From an uncultured archaeon (GTDB lineage Archaea; Micrarchaeota; Micrarchaeia; Micrarchaeales; CABMGC01): a DNA stretch of 64,000 nucleotides. Both the position numbers and the translations under genes were made by a program. The notes under the pieces were generated by a model, which worked only from the letters and a program-made list of their open reading frames with translations, ran no database searches and had not been told where the DNA came from. Shown in pieces: positions 10,133 to 18,684 of the stretch (within the stretch, counting starts at the first letter, position 1; every line of letters begins with the position of its first letter). The stretch lies in assembly GCA_963729635.1 (NCBI GenBank), contig CAVSOP010000006.1, forward strand, positions 156,148 to 220,147, in the 5' to 3' direction.

Positions 10133-11452
10133 TCACTTGGGCATGAATTTTGAGAGCTGTTTCCTCATGTTCCTGTCGTTCTTGAACTTGCTGAAGAGCT
10201 TCTTCATCTTGTTGAAGTCCGCTGATCAGGTCCCTCACCTCCTTCTCAGTGGAGCCGCTGCCCAGCCGCTATCCTCCTTATCCTGCTCGAGCTGGACAGG
10301 AGAGCGCCGTTGTCCCTCTCCTCCTTCGTCATGGAGTCGATTATCGACTTGTACTTCTTGATCTTCTCCTCGCTCTGCTCCGCGACGCCCTTCGGGACGT
10401 CGACAGCGCCGAGCATGCCGAGGACGTTCTTCATCGGGCCCATGCTGCCCATGGCCTTGAGCTGCGTGTAGAAGGTGCTGAAGTTCAGCTCCTCCATGTT
10501 GGCGTCCTCGGGCTTTATGTTGGCCTCGGTTATGGCCTGCTGCACGTTCGTGATGAGCGACGCGATGTCCGGGATGCCGAGCAGCCTGCCGACGAACTTC
10601 TTCGAATCGTAGAGCTCGAGGGCGTTTAGCTTCTCCCCGGTGCCTATGAATGAGACCTTGACGTTGCGCCGCGCTGACCGCGCTGAGCGCGCCGCCCCCC
10701 TTTCCGGAGCCGTCGAGCTTCGTGACTATGACCCCGGTGAGCTTCACCGCGTCGTCGAACTCCTTCGCCTGCTTCCCCGCGACCTGGCCGGTGTCTGCGT
10801 TTATCACGAGCAGGTTCTCGGTGGGCTTGAACTCCCCCGCTATGGCCTTCAGCTCGGAGATCAGCTCCCTGTCGAGGGCGTTCCTGCCGCTGGTGTCGCA
10901 GATGAGCACCTTCTTGTCCTTCAGCGCCTCGACGCGCCTGCCTCACTATCTTCCTGACGTCGGTCTCGCCCTTTATGCCGAAGAAACCCACTCCGGCGCT
11001 CTTGGCGAGGGTCTCCAGCTGCTCGTAGGCCGCGGGCCTGTAGACGTCGCACGCTATGAGCGCGCTGCCCGAGACCCCTGTCCTGGTAGAACTTCGCGAG
11101 CTTCGCGCGCAGTCGTCGTCTTGCCGGAGCCGTAGAGGCCGAGCAGGAGTATCCTCTTCGGCTTTATCTCGGGCTCGTAGCTCTCGCCCATGAGCCTGAC
11201 GAGCTCGTCGTAGACTATGTTGGTTATGTAGTCCTTGGCGCTGACCCCGTCGGGCAGCTTCTCCTTGAGCGCTATGTCCTCTATCTTCTGCGTCAGCGAG
11301 AGCGCGAGGCCGACGTCAACGTCAGCGGAGATGAGCGCCCTCTGCAGCTCCTTGTTGAACTCCCTTATCGTCTTGGCGTCTATTATGGTCGCTCCCGTAA
11401 GCTTTGCGATCGCTTTCCTCAGTCCTTCTCCAAGATCCATTCGCAGACCCAA
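10133..11452 (-). CDS. srp54: Signal recognition particle protein SRP54, at least 5 apparent frameshifts
   Basis: N/G domain: MGLRMDLGEGLRKAIAKLTGA...LLLGLYGSGKTTT. Then ICDTSGRNALD, VIVTKLDGSGKGGGALS, and M-domain FYTQLKAMGSMGPMKNVLGMLG. The C-terminus FNKMKKLFSKF...FMPK reaches the stop at 10133. The pieces lie in different frames (shifts near 11090, 10925, 10660, 10250, 10205). Confidence 0.9.
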
Positions 11453-11506
11453 ATAGCAGCAGTCCTGATATTAATAAAAATCTTAACAAATATATAATGC
11501 AGTCAG

Positions 11507-11581
11507 GGGCTCGTAGCTCAGCTTGGTTAGAGCGACGGTCTTATAAGCCGTAGGTCGAGTGTTCAAATCTCTCCGGGCCCA
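11507..11581 (+). tRNA. tRNA-Ile with anticodon UAU
   Basis: Hand-folded cloverleaf: acceptor GGGCTCG/CGGGCCC, D arm GCTC..GAGC, anticodon stem ACGGT/GCCGT with loop CT-TAT-AA, T loop TTCAAAT, discriminator A. One U-U mismatch in the T stem (GAGTG/CTCTC). Confidence 0.8.
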
Positions 11582-11592
11582 GTACACGATTA

Positions 11593-12246
11593 CTAATTCG
11601 ACGCTTCTGATCCGCGGATTTGCGGGGAACCTTCCGGCAGCGAAATAATTTCGCTCTTGTCATCCTGCCTCAGCACAATGGTTACTTGCGCCTCTTTGCT
11701 ATAGCTTTCAGAGGCCGTTTTTCGATAGGCCGAAAGCTCTATCCGAATGTGATTCTTATCTGACCCGAGGAAAATGCCAACAAATCTGAACTGCATGCCT
11801 GCGCCATTGATGATTGACCGGGTAACATTTTCGCCGCAATCGTCTGGCCAGTCCCGCATATGCTTGAGCTTTACGTCAATGGTCAGGTTCAGATATTTTC
11901 TGGCGTCGAGCTCCTCTACCAATTCCAGGAATTTCCTAAAGCTCTTTTGCTCGAATTCGTCTTTTCCTCGATTCGCAGTATCCTTGTTACTTCTGTCCTG
12001 GAAGACAGAAATTTTGATTTGCTCAGGAAATGCGTTCAGGGGCCCCTGTCCTGGAACAGGATGCAACGTAAAGAGCAGATTAATCTTTCTGATGTAGTTT
12101 GTAACTTCATTTCCCAAACGTTTTGGGACGGCTTCAATCTTATTTATGGTATAGGCTATTTGGGTACGTTCGCACGTCAATGGCTCTAGATTTAGATGGG
12201 TCCATATAGGATTGGGATTGCCGGCGAGTTCGCGATGCGTTTGCAT
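11593..12246 (-). CDS. Orphan hypothetical protein in a low-GC patch next to tRNA-Ile
   Basis: 217-aa ORF. Visibly more AT-rich, with codon usage unlike its neighbours. No recognisable motifs. Confidence 0.5.
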   Translation of the reverse strand: MQTHRELAGNPNPIWTHLNLEPLTCERTQIAYTINKIEAVPKRLGNEVTNYIRKINLLFTLHPVPGQGPLNAFPEQIKISVFQDRSNKDTANRGKDEFEQKSFRKFLELVEELDARKYLNLTIDVKLKHMRDWPDDCGENVTRSIINGAGMQFRFVGIFLGSDKNHIRIELSAYRKTASESYSKEAQVTIVLRQDDKSEIISLPEGSPQIRGSEASN

Positions 12247-12298
12247 GCTTTAATAGATCGCATCCGGCCTATAAATACGTTCCCGTTAAACTAATTTT

Positions 12299-12631
12299 AT
12301 GAAAAACGAGTCGCTAGTAAAGCGCACCGCGCTTTTCCGGATAAGGAGGCTTCTCGCCCTGGCTGAGGAGCGCACGCTGGAGAACACCGATAATTCGAGG
12401 AGGCTCGCGAAGAGGTACGCTGGCATAGCCGAGAGGATAAGCACCCACTACAAGGTAAAGATACCGAAGGCCTTGGACGGCAAGGTCTGCAAGAAGTGCG
12501 GAAATTTCCTGGTGCCTGGGATCGACTGCAGGGTGCGCCTGGCAAGCGTCCACGGTTACGTGGCATATGCGTGCGAGTGCGGGAAGGAGGTGCATGTGCA
12601 CTACAGGGCGAAGGCCTCAGGCGGTGCCTAG
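12299..12631 (+). CDS. rnp4: RNase P protein subunit Rpr2/RPP21
   Basis: 110-aa ORF: N-terminal helices RIRRLLALAEE...AKRYAGIAERIS, then a zinc ribbon CKKCGNFLVPGIDCRVRL...CECG. Confidence 0.85.
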   Translation: MKNESLVKRTALFRIRRLLALAEERTLENTDNSRRLAKRYAGIAERISTHYKVKIPKALDGKVCKKCGNFLVPGIDCRVRLASVHGYVAYACECGKEVHVHYRAKASGGA

Positions 12632-13143
12632 GGCCTCCGACATGCGCTCGACCAGCTCCTCTATCTTGCCCGAGTCTGAGAGGGTCATGATGTTCTTGTC
12701 AAGCACGAGATGCCCCTTCGCGGGCACGCCGCGATAGAGCCTCACAAGACTCTCGGTTTCCGGCTCTGTGCCGGCCACTTTTGCCTCTCTGAGAACGTTC
12801 GCCTTTGCGGCGATCTTTATGCCGTTCCCTATCCCTACGACCAGCCTGTTGTTGTCGTGGAAGGCCTTCACTATGTCGAGCAGCGGCCGGTACTCATACA
12901 GCCTGAAGGAGTCGACCCCGCTGCCGTCGGCGAGGATGATGGCGGACAAGCGCAACGGATCCAGCTCAGCGAAGGTGGCGTCGGGCTTCACCACGGCGCC
13001 GTGGTAGCCAGTGCAGTCCTTCGAATTCACGCTCGCGACGACCTTAGACATGTCCTTCTTCGCCAGCAGGAGACCGAGCAGAGAGAGGGTCTCGTCCCTG
13101 AAGTTCCTGGGGGGTATTATTATCGCAACCTTGACTTCATCCA
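12617..13143 (-). CDS. DJ-1/PfpI-like (class I glutamine amidotransferase fold) protein, nucleophile Cys apparently absent
   Basis: MDEVKVAIIIPPRNFRDETL...AIILADGSG...LVVGIGNGIKIAAKA. The fold-typical pattern is present, but the elbow reads GIGNG rather than containing Cys. Confidence 0.5.
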
Positions 13144-13220
13144 TACACTCGCCTACCTCATATGTAGCAACGGAAATAAGATAAATACGCAACCCTGCCG
13201 GGGGCACTCCCTCCGATGGC

Positions 13221-15233
13221 CTATTGCGCAGGCGCTATGCGCCTTCTCATCAATACCGCAAGGCATGCCGCCAAGACAATAATGGCGATGATGCCGACCA
13301 GATTACCTAAGGAGACGAAGAAGAGCGTGGCCTCCTTCCCGTCCGAGACCGAGGCGCGCTCGGTAATGCCGAGATAGCTCGCCGTCGCGTTCGCACCCCC
13401 GCTGGGCACGTCTGCGACCAGGACCTCGCCCGACGGCCCGGAGTACTTCTGTGAGATGCTCGCGTTGTCGTAGGCCAGGGATACGGTGGCGTTGACCGGC
13501 AGATCGAAGAGGTCGACGGTCCTTATCCTCACGTCGTAGACGGGGAGGGAAACGTTGAACGCGGACGGCCCGTTAGCCGTGAAACTCAGGTTCGCGGGCA
13601 GGAGCACCCCCTTGTAATAGGCGGCGCTCAGCAGTGAGGTCTGGTTCGCGTCAAGGAAGAAGCCGCTGCCTGACTGCTGCCGGCCGTTGATCACGAAATA
13701 AGACACGTTGATGGGGTTGCCCTGGGCGTCCTTGCCGAGCATGCCCACCAGGTATTGCCTGGCGAACTGGGCCCTCAGGCCGATCGGGGAGACGACCTTC
13801 TCGCTTATGGTGGCGTTAGCGTTCCCGTTGCTCCACGAGGTGAAAGCTAATCTCTCCCCTTGGCTTAGGTTCACTACGGGCTGCGGCACGCTCAGGTTCG
13901 CGTAGCTGCCCGACTGGTACCAGCCGCTTCCCGTTGCGTTGCCATACGACGAGGTCGCGTTCACGAGGTACTCGTGCAGCCAGAGGGAGGTGAGCGTGAC
14001 CGGGCTCGTGGCCGTGACCGTGCCGTTGAGGTACATGTTTCCATTGCTCCACGTCTCGAAAGCCTGCCTTTCGGCGGCGCTCTCGTAGACGGACGCGTTG
14101 GCCACTCCATATCTCACGATGGACCCATTGTTGTACCATCCGGAGCCGTATGCGGAGGAGAAGGGGGTGGAGACGTTCACGAGGTACTGCTGCTGCCAGT
14201 TCGCCCTCTCGGTTATGTTCCCGTCGAGCAGCAGGGAGACGTTTTCCCTGGGTCCTGTGTACGCCCCCAGGCCGGAGCCCGTCCAGCCGGCGAACAGGAC
14301 CTGCGATGAATTCCCTAAGTATATGGCCCGGGGCGCCGAGAGGCCCACATTGGTGTATGCGACGTAGCTGTTCTTCCCGCTCAGGCCCCCGTACTTCGAG
14401 AGTATACTCACGGAGTAGCCGAGGGTCCACAGGCGGGAGTTGTTCGTATTCAGGGGCAGGCCCGAGCCGACGGCGAAGTAGTTCGTCCTGGTTCCGACTT
14501 CCTTGACGCCGTATGGATTGGGAAGAGTATCGTCGCTGCCCACCCCGTAGCTTATCGTCGCGTAGCCGCTGGAGACGGGGAGGAACGACCCTCCTTCGTA
14601 GGCGGAGAGGTTCGCGAAGATGACGCTCTTCATCTGTGCGGTGTTGCTTTCCGTGTTCGCCACCTCGGCGAGGGCGACGGGGTAGTCGGAGCCCGAGGAG
14701 GACACTCCTAGATTGATGTTGCCTATCTCGTTCCCGTCTAAGTCGACGTGCCAGGTGTTGCCAGAGGAGAAGAAAGAGTAGGTGTGGAAGGTGCCGCTGG
14801 GGCCCGCCGAGGCGTCCGGCCCTATGCGGCCCATGAACGATCCATTCTCGTTAGGGAGGAAATACTCGTAGAACCACTCGGCGTCGCCAGCGTTCAGGAG
14901 CTCGATGCCTGAGCAGCCCGACGCGGTGCACACCGCTGGATAGTCTCCCGTCTCGTTCTCCACGACGTAGCCAACCTGGATGAAGGCCCCGTTGGGCAGG
15001 TTCTCCCCGACCCAGAATGCCATGGAGCCGGAGCTGCCGCCCTGAGGGGTCACGGTCTGTATGGAGACGCTGGCTCCTCCGTTGGGGAATGATCCCGCGC
15101 CGGCCCTCGCGCCGCTCTGGAACCAGTATCCCGCGCCGGCCGGCGCCGCGAGTAGCAGCAGGGACGCAATGAGCGAGATCGCAAGGAGGCCGTATCTTTT
15201 CATAGTCAATACCACTCTCTTTCCGTCAATCAT
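13221..15233 (-). CDS. Large surface glycoprotein candidate: signal peptide, globular N-domain, tandem beta-rich repeats, C-terminal TM anchor
   Basis: The signal peptide is MKRYGLLAISLIASLLLLAAPAGAG (likely true start about 15203). There are dozens of N-x-S/T sequons. Repeated modules read [Q/H][Q/E]YLVN.s....YG...GSGWY..GS.......W.SWSNGN, resembling divergent InlB B-repeats. The C-terminal helix GIIAIIVLAACLAVLM is followed by RRR. Confidence 0.6.
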   Translation of the reverse strand: MIDGKRVVLTMKRYGLLAISLIASLLLLAAPAGAGYWFQSGARAGAGSFPNGGASVSIQTVTPQGGSSGSMAFWVGENLPNGAFIQVGYVVENETGDYPAVCTASGCSGIELLNAGDAEWFYEYFLPNENGSFMGRIGPDASAGPSGTFHTYSFFSSGNTWHVDLDGNEIGNINLGVSSSGSDYPVALAEVANTESNTAQMKSVIFANLSAYEGGSFLPVSSGYATISYGVGSDDTLPNPYGVKEVGTRTNYFAVGSGLPLNTNNSRLWTLGYSVSILSKYGGLSGKNSYVAYTNVGLSAPRAIYLGNSSQVLFAGWTGSGLGAYTGPRENVSLLLDGNITERANWQQQYLVNVSTPFSSAYGSGWYNNGSIVRYGVANASVYESAAERQAFETWSNGNMYLNGTVTATSPVTLTSLWLHEYLVNATSSYGNATGSGWYQSGSYANLSVPQPVVNLSQGERLAFTSWSNGNANATISEKVVSPIGLRAQFARQYLVGMLGKDAQGNPINVSYFVINGRQQSGSGFFLDANQTSLLSAAYYKGVLLPANLSFTANGPSAFNVSLPVYDVRIRTVDLFDLPVNATVSLAYDNASISQKYSGPSGEVLVADVPSGGANATASYLGITERASVSDGKEATLFFVSLGNLVGIIAIIVLAACLAVLMRRRIAPAQ

Positions 15234-15357
15234 GGCCCCGTCCGTCCGTCCGCGGGGCCGGCGCCCCTCAAATAAGTATTTTTATTCATGCTTATGAAGC
15301 GATACCATTATATTTAATTACTATCAATGATTAATCACTTATTAAAGCGGGGTTGCG

Positions 15358-16102
15358 ATGTTCGAATTGAAGCTTGAGAATGCAAAGCACTGGCGCGATT
15401 GCATAGACGCGATAGTCAGCCTCATAGACGAGGGCCTCTTTAGCATAGCGCGACGAGGGCATACGCCTGAAGGCGATGGACCCCTCGGGCATAAGCATGG
15501 TCTCCTTCTTCATGCCGAGCAAGGCGTTCTCGAAGTTCGAGATAGAGAAGGGGATGTCGATAGGGCTCAACCTCGACAACCTCAGCAAGATACTCGCGAG
15601 GACCAGGGACAACGAGGCGCTCGTGATGAAGGACACTGACGGCAAGATGTCCCTCGAGTTCATTGGAGACAATAGCCGGAGGAGGTACAAGCTCAAGCTC
15701 ATCGACGTCAAGAAGGGTGTCGAGAAGGAACCGAGCGTCGAGTTCGACGCGAACATAGAGGTGGACAGCGAGCACCTGAAGAACGCGCTCAAGGACGCTA
15801 CGCTCATCTCGTCCTACATATCGTTCAAGGCCTCCAAGGGCCAGTTCGCGATAAACGCCAAGGGAGACTCGGGGGAGCTTGAGGAGATCCACGAGACGGA
15901 CGGCGGCAAGATAAAGAAGGTCGACGTCACGAAGGACGCCTCGGCGGTCTTCAACCTCGAGTTCCTAGAGAGCATGGTAAGGTCTACACCGGTCGGGAAC
16001 TCAATAAAGCTGTCCCTCAAGTCGGACCAGCCGCTCAGGCTCAGCTACAACATCGGCGACGCGAACGTGACCTACTTCCTCGCGCCTTACGTCGAGGAGT
16101 GA
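15358..16102 (+). CDS. pcn: DNA polymerase sliding clamp PCNA, one apparent frameshift
   Basis: MFELKLENAKHWRDCIDAIVSLIDEGLFSIA joins DEGIRLKAMDPSGISMVSFFMP... (ORF 15476..16102) after a 1-nt shift at about 15450. The C-terminus ...VTYFLAPYVEE is typical. Confidence 0.9.
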
Positions 16103-16152
16103 AGGCCGCCGCTTTGACGGCATGCGTCTGGATTATAAATCTTGGATTGCAA

Positions 16153-17099
16153 ATGCCTAGCATGGCGAGGGCCGACAGTCCGAAGCTGGATTTTGCCTAC
16201 AAGTACCCCTTCTCCGCCGAGGCCAAGGAGCTCATATCATCCCTCAACGTCCGGGCGAGGTGGACGAGCGCTACCTCACGGCGGGGCTGGTGCGAGTCAA
16301 CGAGGCGATAAGCAAGTCCAGGATAGAGTTCTTCAGGGCCCCCCTCACGGAGCTCAAGTACACCTACCTCATGAGCTACGTCTACGCCAGGATGCTCATA
16401 AGCGCCGCAGGCGACAGGTACGCCCTGGCGAGGTACGTCGCCGCCGAGGCAGGCAGGGCGGGCGAGGCGCTCTTCGAGGACCGCGCGGAGAGCATAACCA
16501 GGATAGCCGAGCGAGCTCAAGCTCAACCTCAGGGAGGGCGGCGGCGAGTTCCTGATGGACTTCGAGGACTTCGCGATGATCCACCAGAAGGGCGAGGCGC
16601 TGCTGCTCGCGAACCAGCAGCTCGAGAAGGGGGGCGGTGCGCATGACCAAGGAGCGCGCGATAAGGCTGCTTGAGCACGCCGATAGGGAGGGAGATAGCC
16701 GAGAGGCTGCCCGATAGACAGGAAGGCGCTGCCCAGGGAGGTCGTGGAGATGTCCAGGGGCATAAGGCTCGAGGAGAAGCGCGCGATAGCCGCGGAGAAC
16801 ACGGGGCTCCTACGTCGTGGATAGAGAAGCTGCTCACGACCCCGATACCCGACGTGCGGCACAGGACGGTGAACCTCATACTCGCGCCCTACATGATGAA
16901 CGTGAGGAAGCTGGACGAGGACGCCGCGGTGAAGGTCATAAGCGAGTACATAGACCGGTGCAAGCTCGTCAACCCGAGCACGAACGTCAACGAGTCCTAC
17001 ATAAGGTACCAGTGCCGCTACTCCAAGACGAAGGGGATGCGGCCCCTGGCGGCGTCCAGGGCGAAGGAGCTGCTGGCCGAGATGATAGAGTTCGGTTGA
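16153..17099 (+). CDS. priL: DNA primase large-subunit-like protein (PriL-like), several apparent frameshifts
   Basis: The N-terminus KLDFAYKYPFSAEAKELISSL and ...SYVYARMLISAAGDRYALARYVAAEAGRA resemble archaeal PriL N-domains. The C-terminal part reads WIEKLLTTPIPDVRHRTVNLILAPYMMNV.... Pieces lie in at least 4 frames (shifts near 16255, 16515, 16690, 16810). Confidence 0.5.
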
Positions 17100-17103
17100 T
17101 CCT

Positions 17104-17244
17104 ATGGCGGACGTATATGGGTTGTGCCACGTGTGCGGGAGGCCCGCGGGCCACACGTGCAGGATGTGCGGGAAGCCGTCCTGCGGCGAGCACTACGACC
17201 CCGCATCGGGATTGTGCTCGACGTGCAGGAAGGGAAAACGCTGA
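17104..17244 (+). CDS. 46-aa cysteine-rich zinc-finger protein (HIT-like interleaved CxxC pattern)
   Basis: MADVYGLCHVCGRPAGHTCRMCGKPSCGEHYDPASGLCSTCRKGKR. It starts 5 nt after the priL-like stop and is below the ORF-track size cutoff. Confidence 0.5.
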   Translation: MADVYGLCHVCGRPAGHTCRMCGKPSCGEHYDPASGLCSTCRKGKR

Positions 17245-17288
17245 CGCGGAAAGAGCGGGAAGCACGGGGCCGGAGGGATGCCCGGGCT

Positions 17289-17906
17289 TTAAGACAGCAC
17301 GTACGCATTCACGGCCTTGACGGAAGCGTCCGTGTCTGCGAATATGCCCACGGTAGCAAATCCCCATGAAAAAGACGCTGCATGGAATCTTTTTATGTAG
17401 GGCGTGCCAGGCAGAGCGATAGTGTCGGAAACATAGACTATTTCAGAAGAATTAATGTTGCAACCGTATTGCTGCAGACGTTCGGTTACTTGAGCTATTG
17501 CCTTTGCGTGGCAGGCCGCCTCCTCCAAGGTTATGTTGATTAGGGACAGGTTCTTCGGTTGGCTGGCTTTGCGGCTTGCCAAGAAAAGATTGGACTTGAG
17601 GTTTTCGCGATTCCTTAATATTCCAATCAGCTGGTCTACCACAGGATCTGGAGCCGGCCAGACCGCATTTCCATCCAGCTGATCAAGATTCCAGATCAAT
17701 TCGGAGACCGTGCCCTTATCTAAGGGAGTGGCCTGGGATTCTCTGATTGCATCGGAATGTCCTAACTCTTTGTCCGATGTGACTATGCGCCTATTCTGGA
17801 CCGACACATGTATGGATTCTCTTGTTATTACGCAAGCTGCATTGGCCTCGGCCGTTTTGGGGCATTCTACCCCCATATGTCCATATTTGACCCAAACTTC
17901 CTGCAT
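17289..17906 (-). CDS. Orphan hypothetical protein in a low-GC patch
   Basis: 205-aa ORF with a clear drop in GC and atypical codons relative to flanking genes. No family recognised. Confidence 0.45.
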   Translation of the reverse strand: MQEVWVKYGHMGVECPKTAEANAACVITRESIHVSVQNRRIVTSDKELGHSDAIRESQATPLDKGTVSELIWNLDQLDGNAVWPAPDPVVDQLIGILRNRENLKSNLFLASRKASQPKNLSLINITLEEAACHAKAIAQVTERLQQYGCNINSSEIVYVSDTIALPGTPYIKRFHAASFSWGFATVGIFADTDASVKAVNAYVLS

Positions 17907-17990
17907 CCCTCCACCACAAGTACAGGCGCTTTCAGCATTAATATAGTTTTCTGATGAAATTGACCAAGCCCGGCGGGGGTGGCAATGATC

Positions 17991-18266
17991 TCACTCCTCC
18001 ACGACACTGAAGTCAGACCTTACCGTCCCGGCGGGGAACGCCTCCCCGTTCGGCGCCTCGGCAGGCAGGCCGAATTCCTCGGCTATCTTCTCCAGCTCGG
18101 TGAGCGCGATGACCCTGTCGGTGAAGAGTTCGAAGTAGATGATGCCCGCGACGTCCTTGCGCCTGACCTTGAAGGTTATCTGCTGACCGATGCCGCCGCG
18201 GGTAACCTTTATCTTGACAGAGCCCTGCCTTATCGCCTCCTCACCCTTGGGCGTCATCTTCAACAA
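17991..18266 (-). CDS. Small hypothetical protein (91 aa), divergent from the EncFtn-like gene
   Basis: MLKMTPKGEEAIRQGSVKIKVTRGGIGQQITFKVRRKDVAGIIYFELF.... Host-like codon usage. It shares an 81-bp AT-rich intergenic region (taatatatta) with the next gene. Confidence 0.45.
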   Translation of the reverse strand: MLKMTPKGEEAIRQGSVKIKVTRGGIGQQITFKVRRKDVAGIIYFELFTDRVIALTELEKIAEEFGLPAEAPNGEAFPAGTVRSDFSVVEE

Positions 18267-18347
18267 AGCACCTCCCTGACCGAACTAAGATGGCGCGGCA
18301 GTAATATATTACTTGGTGTAGATGTTTCAGCAGAGACGGTGCGTTTC

Positions 18348-18629
18348 ATGGACTACGTAGAGAAGGGGACAATAAGCAGGAAGGTTTTGGACCTTAACAG
18401 GGCAAGGCAGTCGTTAGTGGAGGAGCTCGGGGCGATCATGTGGTACGACGAGCGCGCAGATGCGACTTCCAACAAGGACCTGAAAGCGGTCCTGGCGCAC
18501 AATAGGGACGACGAGAAGGAACACGCCACGCTGCTGCTGGAGTGGCTCAGGAGGAACGACCCTCAATTCGCCAAGGAGATCAAGGAAATTCTCAACAAGA
18601 GCAAGAAGCTGAGCGAACTCTGGGACTGA
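18348..18629 (+). CDS. Encapsulated-ferritin-like (EncFtn family) four-helix ferritin-like protein
   Basis: MDYVEKGTISRKVLDLNRARQSLVEELGAIMWYDERADATSNKDLKAVLAHNRDDEKEHATLLLEWLRRNDPQFAKEI.... This matches my recollection of the EncFtn signature (EELxAxxWYDxRxDAxxDxxLxAxLAHNRDEEKEHAxxxLEWLRRND). It has a short C-terminus with no obvious encapsulin targeting peptide. Confidence 0.75.
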   Translation: MDYVEKGTISRKVLDLNRARQSLVEELGAIMWYDERADATSNKDLKAVLAHNRDDEKEHATLLLEWLRRNDPQFAKEIKEILNKSKKLSELWD

Positions 18630-18684
18630 GAGAGAATCCTGACTATCGAAAGACCCGCGCATAACGGGCGCGGGGTCCGCCTGC

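Noticed and set aside
10133-11452. Calling srp54 (and the other frameshifted core genes) pseudogenes.
   Set aside because: Too many indispensable genes are affected, no in-frame nonsense mutations or large deletions are seen, and resolved junctions sit in homopolymer runs. Sequence error is the more economical explanation.
17289-18266. The possibility that one of the two ORFs upstream of EncFtn is the encapsulin shell protein.
   Set aside because: Neither the 205-aa nor the 91-aa protein shows the length or pattern expected of an HK97-fold encapsulin (family 1 proteins are about 260-300 aa). No P-domain, E-loop or A-domain-like sequence was recognisable by eye.
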